A stretch of 63,247 nt of DNA, filler included, from Octopus bimaculoides (lineage: Eukaryota), in the NCBI RefSeq assembly GCF_001194135.2. It is 6 parts of 6 records of this genome, joined end to end, with 100 filler letters (N's around TTAATTAATTAA, not from the genome) between each part and the next. Parts side by side here need not be neighbours in the genome. Positions count along the whole stretch, not along the records: positions 1 to 9,880 come from NC_068981.1; positions 9,981 to 27,095 come from NC_068996.1; 4 more parts are not named here. The stretch is one strand, 5' to 3'. Under the pieces are notes generated by a model. It had not been told where the DNA came from, made no database searches, and saw nothing but the letters and a program-made list of their open reading frames with translations. The translations under genes and the position numbers were made by a program. Positions 1 to 13,175 of this stretch are shown in pieces (positions within the stretch are counted from its first letter, which is position 1; the number at the start of each line of letters is the position of its first letter).

Positions 1-39
1 CTATAAATTTTGATAACTTTAGTTATTTAAATAAAAGTC

Positions 40-520
40 CTATTTTTTAAAAAATTTAAAAGTGCGAGTATAGCAATGCACACATGATACCCTAAGGTCT
101 AATCTATTATTGATTAGATTAGGATTGTTCCTAAGTTTAAAAATTTCATATATTTCCATAGAACACAATTCACATCCATATCTATTATTTCTATAAGGTT
201 GAGCTTTTCTTATAATTTCCCATTTAAGGCTAAAATTAATACTATTGTCTTTTAACTCCCAAATTTTACTTGCCAAAGTTGTACTATTTGCCTTATGTCT
301 AAGTCTAAATGAAGATTTATGGTTATATATAACATTACAATGGGTAAATATTATCGTAAAGTGAATTTTCTTGAGGCTACCTTCTGTCTTGATACTGAAC
401 CATTTCGTAAGCCAAATGATCGGATTAAGTACATTAATGTAGCATGCAGCCTCGATAATACGCTGATTTTCTAGATTATCTGTTAATAATAAAATTACCA
501 AATCACATGCAACTTATTAT
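40..520 (-). mobile_element. Penelope-like element, GIY-YIG endonuclease C-terminal relic
   Basis: YNHKSSFR...TTLASKIWELKDNSINFSLKWEIIRKAQPYRNNRYGCELCSMEIYEI...LINNRLDLRVSCVH follows the NHxxSF / LSxxIWxLK / CxLCxxE / LNxRxExxxxCxH pattern of PLE endonucleases. Confidence 0.75.
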
Positions 521-1121
521 AATGAACTTTTAGCTAGGGGTGTGTACCGTGAACAAGTTCAATATGTACGAGAAGCAGGTATACACAACACTGGTAATTC
601 CTCCAATTGTAATACACTTTGTACACCAACACAACGTCACATGATTATTCAAGACGTAACGGATAACAACGACGTGAGATGGATTTTTCATTATAGGTAC
701 GGCAAGACCTGTTGATGAGAATTGTGGCACTAGCTAGAATTCGAAGTCATAATCAAAGTATATTTGTTACCTTATTCTACAGCATTTTAGCTGAAATATG
801 TTAAATTCATCTCGTTCGCCTGATTTCTGTTGGTCTGGTACAAACTTTTAGTGAGATTAGTGGTTAAGTTTGAGATTTTTACTTCCACTCTCTAGCGAGC
901 TGGTGCTTCGTGTACCCTCTGATATAATTAACTATATATATATATATATATATATNNNNNNNNNNNNNNNNNNNNNNNNNNNNNNNNNNNNNNNNNNNNN
1001 NNNNNNNNNNNNNNNNNNNNNNNNNNNNNNNNNNNNNNNNNNNNNNNNNNNNNNNNNNNNNNNNNNNNNNNNNNNNNNNNNNNNNNNNNNNNNNNNNNNN
1101 NNNNNNNNNNNNNNNNNNNNN

Positions 1122-1162
<41 letters not shown>

Positions 1163-1214
1163 CATATATATATATATTGATATCCGGAATGATTTTCATA
1201 TATTGAAATAAAAG

Positions 1215-4200
1215 GCAAATGAGTAGCAAATATCTGAACACCGACTAATATTTTTTCTAATGAATATGCTGCATTTGATACAAATAGTTATAGAACTGCC
1301 GCTGTCGTCAGAATATTTGGCTAGACTTAAGGATAATAACTTAAAGAAGTTAGATTTCGTAAACGTTATAACAACAAAATCTAGTAAGTTACTGGGTAAT
1401 TTCATTCTCTCTAGAATTTTCTATGAAGTTGGATTGTGGCAAACAAAATCAACATCATCAGAAAAATATTCCGAAAAGGGTAATTATTATGATCATAGTT
1501 TCATGCGAATTTCAACTGGAGCATTGTTTGCATTGATGCTAATGTCTACCATTTTTTTGTTCTCGTAAATACTTGTGCCTAACTCAGCATTCGTCCGCTG
1601 CAATGACATTTAAGATCAGACATGACGCTTTCACCAGAATTTATTTGCCATTGTTGTTAGTCACTCCTGCAGTCTTTCTTGCCTTCATTTTTTATTGAGA
1701 ATATGTTATAGAATGACGTTTTAATTTCGTCCTTTATTAACGTTTTTCTGTTGTTTTGTCTTTATCTAAATATTTTATGTCGGTATCGTTAGCTTCTATT
1801 TCGTACTTCATCGTTTTCTTGTATATAGAACTTTATAAAGAAAAATAGTGTCTCACTGATGTTGTTATTTTTTTTTGTTTTTGGAATTATTTTTGGTAAT
1901 TTTAGTATTTCTTTACATGTAACAAATATCGCCCGTCTTTATACTGGTTAGGAATACCCTTTAAGTAATTTTTGCAGGAAAGCTTTAGAACTATGTAAGT
2001 CGATTCATGTTTTTCTCTGAGCTCTTCACTTAATTTCCAACTCATAATATTTAAACTATTTTATCAATGAAACACTTGGGCTCCATTGTTATACATTCTA
2101 TCTCATCAATATCCTCTACTCTAAGGTATTTGTAGTATTAGTTCGTTGTCTGCAATTTAATGTGTCTATTTGCATATTTTCAAAGTTACATTGGCGAATT
2201 TTTCTAATAACATAATCATTCTTATATTTTCCTTCTGAATTCATGAACGATACTAAGTTATTTCTCCAGCCGTGTGTTGTCACTTGTAATTAATTTGGAG
2301 ATGATTGTCTCTAAGATCTCCTTAGTACTTACGGTAACTGATGATTCCATCCATCACATTTGATAATGGAGTCCGAGTTAGGCGGAAAACTAAATGAGGC
2401 TACAGAGTCTTTTCCGTGACTTATCTTATTTGTGTACTAGATATAGAAAATGGTTCTCGGCAATTTCACGATGCGCCTAATATTGTTCACAAGTTTTGCA
2501 ATATAACCAAATTTACGAGACAAGTTCACATCTTTTTTCGTAAACATATTAATGTGCTTTCAGTTTTACCGAATATGTTAGATAGTACTTAGCCCCTGTT
2601 ACAATTAGATCTATTCCAAAAGCTCGAGTTAAAAAGTGAGAAGTTTTTAATTCTATGATCATTTCTCGGAAACTTTTATCTGCATGAAATGTTGAAACTT
2701 CATAAAGAGCAATTTCCATATTTCATTTGTCGCAGCTGAATCACATTTAAACAATCAATGTTTTTTTTCTCTCTTAGTCACCGGGTAACACTATCTCTTT
2801 TGCTTTTACTAACATCGTACAGGTAAATTACAAATGTCAACTTCTGTGCATGGAAGAAGGGTTAAACGGAAAAGTATCAAGTTTCCTCGCTACCAAACTA
2901 GGGTTTCCTGAATACAGAAACCTTTTTCCAGAACATTTTTTATATTGGTAATGAATGACATACATCCTACAATTTAAAAGGGTCACTTCAAATTCTAACT
3001 AATGTCTTCCTGGCAAATCAGCCATTGGTTCTAATTCAATACCACATTCGGTTGCATTGAAAAGATAAGAATGGTGTAAGAGCTATTTAAAGAATGAATT
3101 TCTGTGAAATAGACATTGAAATTGTACAGAGGATATTTTGAAGAGTGCGTTTTTCCAAATACACAGATTATCTTTCTACATTCTGCATAAGTGCCGGACA
3201 CGTCTTCAACAATACGCTACTGGGATAGTAACACGATAAAAACGGTCAGATATGGTATTTTTGTACAAATTTCACTTATTTCTGAACACAACACCATCAG
3301 TAACACGCATGCGCATGTGAAGCATTTGAATTACTCTTGACACTAATGTAGACTACAGGAGTGGAAATGTATACTGTAGTGACGAGAAATGAATTTTCAA
3401 ATCGGAAATTGAAAAGAAAATTCAATTTGAAACACACGGTGAATGAAATTAAAATAAATATATATTGAACAGAAAAAATAGAAAATCGAATTTTTCAGAA
3501 ATATAGTCACTGATTTAATGTATTTTTAACTACTGTAGTCTCATGACTCATACAACAGGATAAAAGTGCTGTTTTTATAAAGATGGGCTACCTCGAACAT
3601 TGGTGTTTACCGTGCATATTTATAAAAACGCTAATATTATAAGCACTCTACTAGACAGCTTCACTATAAATATGGTGCGTTTATGCATCTTATAATGATA
3701 TTCATTAGATTTAGTAGTAAGATACCTGATCTTTATAGGACCAGAATGGGGCAAAAATTATTATTTTTTGTTCTGTTATTTCATGGTTGTTGTTTTTTTT
3801 TGTGTTTTTTTTTCAATGGCACTGTTGATATAGCATGTTACTATTGGAGCTGATCTGTGGATTGGTCTGATTATGCAGTACAATCTAAATGCCTTTTGGT
3901 ATTCAATCTATGTCACGATAAGATCGGTCTTCTTCGTTTTCCCGTGTTTCATAAAAGCCCAGTTCAGCAGGAGGCGCTTTTTACAGCCGTTTATTCTTTT
4001 CCTTTTCCTGTTCTGCTTTTCTGGCAAAATGCCATATGTCTCCAGTTAAGTATGAAAATATGTTGTAGATAAGAATGTAAGAGATTTCTAAGCTACAGAA
4101 CAAATATGTTATACAGCTGAAGTTTCTGGTGCTTCCTATTTCCTCTTTTTTTCTTTCTTTTTGTTTTTCAATTTTATTTTCTAGCGAATAAATATTTTTC

Positions 4201-4625
4201 TCTTTCGGCAGCCATTCGGGGATATATTCTTGTCCATTTACAAGTTTATTAAGTGCTGCTAAATATAGGCACACAATTAGTACTTCTGTTAGGGTCATAT
4301 GCTTTGAAATTCTAGGAACTTTTGGTTCTATAGATTTTTAGGGATCACTGATTTTTAGTAACGTACTCACCATTTATTTCTTTGCTGCATTGAATCCGGG
4401 ATTTTTTCGCTTAGTTCTTAATAAATTCGTTGGTAATTAAAGCCGGTTCTTTCCTATTTAAAGATCTGCGTTGCTTTTCATAACAACTGAGTCTATTCAG
4501 TTTAACTGGATTATTTTATTTTGAGCACTCTTTAATTTCTTCAGGATCCTTTTTTGTTCTGCTATATTTCTGTAGCACTTCCCATTCTTTCTTAATCTGA
4601 ATGGTATCTTTTTGTCGTTGATATT
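1215..4625 (-). mobile_element. Heavily decayed R4/NeSL-type non-LTR retrotransposon (one interrupted copy or two copies)
   Basis: Frameshifted RT-like segments occur in the expected order: EYIPEWL, NFSCITYL, GCKKRLLLNWAFMKHGKTKKTDLIVT*IEYQKAF (~3880-3990), HGKDSVASF/TPLSNVM (~2400), IVHEFRRKI and YYKYLRVEDIDEIE (~2050-2230). Many stop codons. Confidence 0.55.
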
Positions 4626-4668
4626 ATCAAGAACTGAGAAATCTATTTTATTACATTACGTACGTTTT

Positions 4669-4892
4669 AAGGCGGTGAGTTGATAGAGCCTTTAGCACGC
4701 CGGATATAATGGTGAACGACATTTCGTCCTTCTCTATGTTCTGATTTTAAATTCCGACGTAGTCGACTGTAGCGCTCATTCTTTTGGGGAAGATAAAATA
4801 AGTACCAGCCAAGTAGTGAGGTCGATGTTATCAATTTACTCCGCCCCTCAAAAACTGTTGATCCAGTGCCAAAATTTGAAACCATTATTTTC
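4669..4892 (+). mobile_element. tRNA-derived SINE, family 1
   Basis: Head aaggcggtgagttg..agagcctttagcacgccgga, B-box-like ttaaattccg, tail ...ccaaaatttgaaaccattatt. Homologous copies occur elsewhere in the window. Confidence 0.75.
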
Positions 4893-5985
4893 CATATCTT
4901 TCTCCACTTTCACATTAACAACCGATATAGAATTGAAAGTGTCCATCATAGGTTTTGGACCGTAACTCACTAGGCTACAGTTTCCACTGTGGCTAACACG
5001 AAGAGCCCTAATATGGTTTGTATTTGTTGTTGTTTATTAGTCTTTGTTGTGCCATTATTACTGCACTAGTTTTTCTGTGAGCATTATATCCTGATCTTTT
5101 CAGTCTCATGATGCCACAGTCCAAGATATAGCCTAACTACGTGCAGCCCAAATGCTATGAAACAAACTTTCAGTTTTGTCATAACTGAATCAGTACGTTC
5201 ACTGATTCAGCCATCACAGTACCTAATAAAATTTGATTCAGTCATCACAATATTTACCTACTAAAATAACAGAATTCGCACAAAGAATCTACGAAAACAT
5301 TACGCAGCGACCATTTGAGAAAACAAAACAAGACATTCATTCACAATCTATACTCGACACCACATAACCAACATCTTACACAATTCACATTCTACGTAAT
5401 TTTTATCCATTAATGTAACATGATCTGCCCTGTACATATTCTACACAACCTCCGCTAGACAGTATATATAAAACACTAGCTTTCTTCAATAAAATAGCAC
5501 AACTCAAGTCGCACATACTTAATTTAGCATACGGAGAACTAAGATAACATATGAAACAACAAACTAATTTTGGAACAAAGTAAAAGTGATGTATTATGCA
5601 AGTACAAGTCTACATCCACAAAAGACAATAAGAACAGGGAGACGCACCCGCTGGTACATTAGAATTTTGTATTAAACTGTTAATAAGAAGAAATTTATTT
5701 GCGAATACCGATTTATAATGAAAAAAGTCATGAAGTTTTGAGAGGAACATTTAAACAAGAGGGAAAGGGAAGGAAACTCTTTTATAAATATATATCGTTT
5801 ATAAGACAAAGCATATGGCTTGTTTCATTGCGGTATCAATGACATATGCGTTGCTTCTTCATTCAGTTATCTGTATATATCAATATGCTTATGCATAAAT
5901 ATATCTGTAGACTCTATTCATTCATACATGTGAATCAATATGCATACATCTATATTAATTCTAAATATACTTGACGAAACGTGTG

Positions 5986-6039
<54 letters not shown>

Positions 6040-6289
6040 TACATACATATATATATANNNNNNNNNNNNNNNNNNNNNNNNNNNNNNNNNNNNNNNNNNN
6101 NNNNNNNNNNNNNNNNNNNNNNNNNNNNNNNNNNNNNNNNNNNNNNNNNNNNNNNNNNNNNNNNNNNNNNNNNNNNNNNNNNNNNNNNNNNNNNNNNNNN
6201 NNNNNNNNNATATATCGAGTTGCATGAACTAAAAGTCGGAAGGTGACAAGATGAACTACCTGCATCAACTTGCTCTAAATGCAGGTAGT

Positions 6290-6965
6290 AATTTTACTCT
6301 GGCTTATTTTAAGTGCAAGTGTTGAAGAGGGCAGTTCAATTTTAACAGTTATTTTTTCAAAGCTATAATGTAAGTGACAAAAGAACATATTCGGCATATT
6401 TTGCTTCATAGATTCAATAAAGGAAACAATGCAACGAAAAGTGCAAAGAATATTAATGTAGTATATGGGGATCAGACAATAAGCGTAAACCAGTGTCAAT
6501 GGTGGTTCCAGAAATTCCGAGCTGGAAACTACAGCCTGGAAGACGCGCCTCATCCTGGTACAAAATCGCATTGTAACTGTTGAGAAACTATCACAGAAGC
6601 TTAGATTTAGTCATTCAACCATCGATCGACACTTGCGCTAGAAGAAAAGCGGGCATCATTGGTTTCAAGACGAAAGATGTACTTCCATCCGAATAATGCA
6701 CCACATGCAGCGACGGATTATCGTTTATTTCGCAGTCTTCAAGATCATTTGAACGGAAAAAATATGAATTCTGTTCACGAGGTCAGAACAGTACTGACAA
6801 ATACTTTTCATCAAGGAGAAGTGAATTTTGGAAGAGGATCAGTGCAAGACTACCAGATAGATGGAAGAGGATTATAGAAAATGAAGAACATATTTTAGAT
6901 TAAAAAAGAATTTAATCGTAATTTTAATAACAAAAGTATAAAAAAACATTATATATGGGATGACC
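6290..6965 (+). mobile_element. Internally deleted mariner (DD34D-type) transposase relic
   Basis: MTKEHIRHILLHRFNKGNNATKSAKNINVVYGDQTISVNQCQWWFQKFRAGNYSLEDAPHPG is a Mos1/SETMAR-like HTH. HPNNAPH..ATDYRLFRSLQDHLNGK is a catalytic-region remnant. A TIR-like end ...gggatgaccc is followed by TA. Confidence 0.85.
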
Positions 6966-6992
6966 CTATATATATATATATATGTATGTATG

Positions 6993-7041
<49 letters not shown>

Positions 7042-8154
7042 NNNNNNNNNNNNNNNNNNNNNNNNNNNNNNNNNNNNNNNNNNNNNNNNNNNNNNNNNNN
7101 NNNNNNNNNNNNNNNNNNNNNNNNNNNNNNNNNNNNNNNNNNNNNNNNNNNNNNNNNNNNNNNNNNNNNNNNNNNNNNNNNNNNNNNNNNNNNNNNNNNN
7201 NNNNNNNNNNNNNNNNNNNNNNNNNNNNNNNNNNNNNNNNNNNNNNNNNNNNNNNNNNNNNNNNNNNNNNNNNNNNNNNNNNNNNNNNNNNNNNNNNNNN
7301 NNNNNNNNNNNNNNNNNNNNNNNNNNNNNNNNNNNNNNNNNNNNNNNNNNNNNNNNNNNNNNNNNNNNNNNNNNNNNNNNNNNNNNNNNNNNNNNNNNNN
7401 NNNNNNNNNNNNNNNNNNNNNNNNNNNNNNNNNNNNNNNNNNNNNNNNNNNNNNNNNNNNNNNNNNNNNNNNNNNNNNNNNNNNNNNNNNNNNNNNNNNN
7501 NNNNNNNNNNNNNNNNNNNNNNNNNNNNNNNNNNNNNNNNNNNNNNNNNNNNNNNNNNNNNNNNNNNNNNNNNNNNNNNNNNNNNNNNNNNNNNNNNNNN
7601 NNNNNNNNNNNNNNNNNNNNNNNNNNNNNNNNNNNNNNNNNNNNNNNNNNNNNNNNNNNNNNNNNNNNNNNNNNNNNNNNNNNNNNNNNNNNNNNNNNNN
7701 NNNNNNNNNNNNNNNNNNNNNNNNNNNNNNNNNNNNNNNNNNNNNNNNNNNNATATATATACATACATATATATATATGTCTGATGAGAACCCAATAAGT
7801 TTCGAAAATTTATTAAGGTTGTTCATCGTTTCTTTCGTTTCAGTCTGCGGAGTAATGGCTAAAACTTTTCCTGTTTATAATTATACCATATTTAACATAT
7901 ATATATATATATATATATGAATTGTAATGACCAAATGAGTATCTGTCGAGTACGATGAAGACTGCCTCTTCTTTGTTAAGATATACTTTACACTCATTAA
8001 ATTGATAAGTAGGTCAATATTCCACAGAGATTTGTATCTTTATGTAATTTTCTGAACAGATTGAGATACATCCTCCGCCGGGGTTGGCCCTTTGTATTGT
8101 CGATACAATCCATTCTATTTCACTCAGAATGCGATGAGAGGCAATGATAAATCA

Positions 8155-8523
8155 ACGAGAATGCATACATACATACATGTATACATACATGCATACATAC
8201 ATACATATATACATACATACACACATAAGATGGTGAGTGTAATGTGTTTGTATGTAAACATCAGCACACATACACATGTATGTGTGCGTGTAGATACATA
8301 CATATCTGTAAAAGCTCAGGTACCGCATTCAATGTAGGCATTCAACGAGAATGCATACATTCTCGTTGAATACATACATACATTCTCGTTGAATGCATAC
8401 ATACATAGATACATATATACACACATATGGTGGTGAGTGCAATGCGTGTGTATGTAAACATCAGCACACACACACATGTATGTGTGTGTAGATACATATT
8501 ATCTGTAAAGCTCAGGTACCGCA
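8155..8523. repeat. Diverged direct duplication (~135-170 bp) separated by a palindromic spacer
   Basis: ggtgagtg..atgtaaacatcagcacaca..gctcaggtaccgca occurs twice. The spacer holds ttcaacgagaatg and its inverted copies. Confidence 0.85.
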
Positions 8524-9011
8524 GCCAATTATTATTTCTATTTGCTGTGTTTTTCAACATAATATAACAATAATTTCTCCCATCACTTAGAAACAAAGTC
8601 AAATATATAATAAAACAGAACCACTGCTAAAACAAGAAACTACATAATTATTTGTGATAAATTCACTGCACATTAACAAGTCTTATATGACAGTTGAATG
8701 GCATCTAAATTCTCAATAAATAGCACATGTATTTTCCTTCTTTTTTTTGAGACTTTGAGTCAATCCAGAGAACCGTTGGTGCGGTCTACCTCCGTCTTAT
8801 TTTTTTCATTCTGTCTTCTGTTATATCTCCTTTTGATGATACCTCTCTTCCCAACAGCTATTCATGTACATGATATAGCTCTTTATCTATATCGTCCTCT
8901 TCCTGTCATTCATATTTCGAGTCATCTATCTTGTGGCTATTATCAATCTAATGTTGTTTCTTGTCCGTGATCATTTTAATTTGCATGAACACGAAACATA
9001 AGCAATCGCCT

Positions 9012-9071
<60 letters not shown>

Positions 9072-9836
9072 TTCATTTCACACATACAACGACACTTCTC
9101 CATTTACGTAGGCGCTGGATTGAAAAACATCTATACAAAATGCGTAAAAATGATAGTTAAATTTCAGCATCGTATTTTCGTTTTTCATATTTTTATTCCA
9201 GTTTCCGCACAGTTAAGTTTACTTTATAATTTTGAATTATATCGATAATGGACTGCCACGTAGTCGGCAATCAATAAATAAAATCCTGTAGTTAAGTACC
9301 TAATGTTCAGTTACTCTAAATCATATATCTCTGTGTTTATGTTGTATTTATGAGGCAAGCAAAAGAAGAGATGGAAATATGCTGTGCTGGTGAATAATTA
9401 TGTCGAAACAATGGGTGATGAGCAAAATATGAGCGCATTGACGTGAAATGGAGAGGGTTCTCATGACAGCCCTTCTAGGGCGTGTACACCACGATAAGCA
9501 TTATAGAGGACAGTAAGCAGAAAGATATTAACTTGGCTTTAGGCACATCATAAATTCTTTATAGGTCTTTCTTTTTATTAAACATCATCTTACAGGCAAG
9601 GATTTAATAATCCCTGTCAGTAGGAAAATACACTAATTAGCATTCACTAGTTTCCACTAAATATAAATATACTACAAGTGTATTTTTGGTTGTATGGTAA
9701 GAAAATTGCTTTCCAGCCACATGGTTCCGGGTTCAGTACCACACCGTGATATATGGGGAAATTTCTTTAATTATAGCCTCGGGCCAACAAAAACATTATT
9801 AGTCGATTTAGCAGACGAAGACTGAAAGTAACTCAT

Positions 9837-9880
<44 letters not shown>

Positions 9881-9980
9881 NNNNNNNNNNNNNNNNNNNN
9901 NNNNNNNNNNNNNNNNNNNNNNNNTTAATTAATTAANNNNNNNNNNNNNNNNNNNNNNNNNNNNNNNNNNNNNNNNNNNN

Positions 9981-10075
<95 letters not shown>

Positions 10076-10359
10076 CTATCATTATTATTAATGTTATTAG
10101 TCATGTTAGTATTCTTAATTTTATTAATGTTCACATTGTTGGTATTACTTTTGCTATTGTTTGTAATATTGTTGGTTATTTGTGTATGAATCTTAACATT
10201 GTTTCTATTGTTTTTCTTTTTGTTATTATTGGTGTTAATCTTATCTATGTTGTTCATATTGTTGGTGTAGTTGCTAGTTTCATTTGGAGTGTGGTTAGTG
10301 TTATGAATATTATCTTTTGCATTTATGTTATTCCGATTATTTGCATAGTGGTCGAGGTC

Positions 10360-10890
10360 TAGGTATTTAATTTTTTGCTTAAATACAAAATAGCACCTAA
10401 CAATACCTTAAGATCTATGAACTTAGCAGCCAAGAACATTATGACAGACTACAACATAGAGGAGGAAACCAAGCACTTCGTACATTCTAGACCCCGCATT
10501 ACACTAAAAGACAATACACCTAACTTCTTAACGGATACGAAAGTTAGATTAACATGCTCCAGTAAGTCAGATCCATGTAAATTAAGTAAATTAATATTAG
10601 ACAAATACATCCCTAACCTAAAGAATACGATAGCCCCAGAACTATAGTCCAACACATATGAAACCCTAAACTGGTTCTCCAAAATACAGAACAAGAAAAA
10701 CTACAAATTCATACAAATAGACATCGAAGATTAATACTCATCTATTAACCCTACAATCCTAAATAGTGCTCTTATCTTCGCCAAAAATCATACCCAATTA
10801 ACTATTAAGGAAATTAATGTAATATTAGAAGCGAGGAAATCAGTAATAAGTTTCGATAATAAACTTTGGGTAAGAAAGGACTTCCCTAAT
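10360..10890 (+). mobile_element. Penelope-like element, reverse transcriptase N-terminal relic
   Basis: RPRITLKDNTPNFLTDTKVRLTCSSKSDPCKLSKLILDK...NWFSKIQNKKNYKFIQIDIED*YSSI...ALIFAKNH...ILEARKSVISFDNKLWVRK matches the ITLKDHKxNF / RLINPxKSE / FDIxxFYPSI pattern of PLE RTs. Confidence 0.85.
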
Positions 10891-11171
10891 AACTTTTCAC
10901 TTATTTAAAAATTCTTTAAATATATTCATTTGTAAGTTTGCACAATACCGAAATTACAGTACGTACATTATGTCCAGAAAAGGCAAAGTTGCAATGATTG
11001 TCATTCATTTTTAATTTAATTTCTAAATGAGAACTAGTCAAATGAAAAAAAACAAATTTTGTTTGAATTTTCTTGGAAATTTTCAAATTCAAAATGACTG
11101 CAAAAAATGCTAATCTTATATATTTTTAATTAAAATTTTACTATTACTGCAATGCTTGTCAAAACACTGGA

Positions 11172-11516
11172 CTAGCCAATGAAAAATGCGGACACATACT
11201 AACAATATTCTTAACAGTTAAACCTAGAAAAGTAGAGGACAAGACAAAACTCATTAAAATTAGAGCTTAAAAATTTGCTGCTAAAAAAAAAAAAATTATT
11301 AATTCATTTAGTACAAAAAATTAAATTTAAATTAAAAAGGAAAAGTGAAATTAATTGAATTTTTAAAAAATATGAAAAAGTTCATGAGAAGTACTTTTTA
11401 ATTTTAGCAGCAATATTTTAAGCTCTAATTTTAACGAGTTTTTTCTTGTCCTCTACTTTTCCAGGCTTAACTGTTAAGAACATTATTAATATGCGTCCGC
11501 ATTTTTCATTGGCTAG
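11172..11516. mobile_element. Foldback/MITE with ~113 bp inverted arms
   Basis: ctagccaatgaaaaatgcggac...tttgctgctaaaa (11172-11284) is the diverged reverse complement of ttttagcagc...cgcatttttcattggctag (11404-11516). The core is AT-rich. Confidence 0.85.
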
Positions 11517-12084
11517 CATATGTATGTACGCATATATGTATATGTGCCTGTGTGTGTGCTTTCCTTTGCGATGGACAGCAGAAAATTCACTTGCTCCTTC
11601 AAGCTACGTATTCCTCACCCCACTTTCTGTGTGTGTGTTGTATCTATGTATTTATGAAAGTATGTATGCAGCATCGCATGTATATGACAGCTGTAGTAAT
11701 GTTACCACCACTGTTCTCGCCTTCACTGATATAAGTCACCCTCTCTCTTTTAATACCTTTCCCTACTTTTTGCAACCATCTCATTTTATCATATAATTCA
11801 CCCAATGCTGCTCCTGGGGAGGGGCACATTATAGATTTTTATTGAAATCCAGTTAGCCTATTATTGAAATGGATGTTCAGTCTAACTGCGTGGTACCTTG
11901 GGCAAGTCTCTTCTACTATAGCTTCAGGCCGACTATAGCCTTCTCAGTAGATTTGGTAGATATATAAAAAAATGTGAACGCTCTGTGCATCATTTTCTTA
12001 TTCATTGTAAAGCCACCGCCCGCTTCTGTTCATAGTGAGTGGCACCCTACAGAGCAGTCAACATTTTGTCAACATAGACGCAAG

Positions 12085-12220
12085 AGTGGCTGTGTGGTAA
12101 GTAGCTTGCTTACCAACAACATGGTCCTGGGTTCAGTCCCACTGCGTGCCACCCTGAGCAAATGTCTTCTGCTGTAGCCTCGGGCCGACCAAAGCCTTGA
12201 GTGGATTTGGTAGATGGTCG
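12085..12220 (+). mobile_element. tRNA-derived SINE, family 2 (5' part)
   Basis: gagtggctgtgtggtaagtagcttgctt...gggttcagtcccactgcgtg..accttgggcaagtgtcttct...gaccaaagcc has A- and B-box-like motifs. Similar copies at ~9690-9840, 11880-11962, 15545-15712 and 54338-54480. Confidence 0.8.
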
Positions 12221-12999
12221 AACGCACGCGTCCTTCTTGCAAGTTTGAACTTTTTATTTCTGACGCGACTCTATCTATCTTTGTATCTTTCTCCCCGTAT
12301 CACTCTTCCTTCTGTTGTTCTTCGCCTCTACCCTTCAATATCATATCTCTCTCTCTCTTCCTCCCCGTCTCTCGTTGCTCACCTATATTCAACTTCCTCC
12401 TCTTTTTTTCTCTCTCTACCACTCTTTCTCCTTACCCCTCGCTGATCACATGTCACCGGCTACTGTTTTATTTCTTCTCTTGGTCACTGCTAAGCAAACA
12501 CGAACTTTCTTCTCTCTTCCTTTCAAGTTCGTCACATCACAGCGTTCAGTATACAGATATATTTTTCACGTCTGGCCTCACAGCCCTTCTTGTTTATTTT
12601 CACTGTTTCGTTTTCCTGTCGTGTTTTCTGTTCGCCACTATATTCCTCCGCATTACAAATTTCATTTAATTTGTTTCCGCGGGAAGAGCCATTCTAACAA
12701 TGCGTCCTGCCCTAACTCTTCGAAACGCTTAGTCTAGAATGGTGGCAGCTGATGAAGGAAATGTTCTCTATGTGGCCTGTGTGTTTCCTGTGCTCTGTTT
12801 ATGTTCAGTTTTCCATTTTGTCCACGTTTTTTGTGATGTCCTGTACCCAGATATGCATCTATATATACATGTAGATGCAGGTATGTACATACATGTACGT
12901 ATATATGCATATACTCACATATTATTTCTATTATATATATATATATATATGTGTGTGTGTATGTGTGTGTGTGTATATGTTTGTGTCTGTCTCCCCCCT

Positions 13000-13175
13000 C
13001 ATCATCGCTTGACAACCGATGCTGGTGTGTTTATGTTACCATAACTTAGCAGTCCGGCAAACGATAGAATAAGTACTAGGCTTACAAAAAATAAGTCCTG
13101 GGGTCGAATTGCTTGACTAAAAGGTGGTGTTCCAGCATGGCCACAGTCAAATGACTGAAACTAGTAAAAGAATTG
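13000..13175 (+). mobile_element. SINE family 2, 3' part
   Basis: cttgacaaccgatgctggtgtg...gtgttccagcatggccacagtcaaatgactgaaactagtaaaaga. The same tail occurs at 26580-26760 and 57075-57165. Confidence 0.75.

Noticed and set aside
3981-4298. ORF MTLTEVLIVCLYLAALNKLVNGQEY... resembling a signal-peptide protein
   Set aside because: It lies in a decayed R4-like RT (PEWL, NFSCITYL and adjacent-frame GCKKRLLL/EYQKAF motifs).
7781-7811. CTGATGA-GAA..TTC-GAAA hammerhead-like core
   Set aside because: Stem II is only ~3 bp, and there is no convincing stem I or favourable cleavage triplet.
9881-9980. TTAATTAATTAA islands centred in N runs (9925, 27140, 38486, 53611, 58805)
   Set aside because: Each is 44 N + 12 nt + 44 N = 100 bp, with stops in all six frames. 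This is an assembler filler for unsized gaps, not biology.
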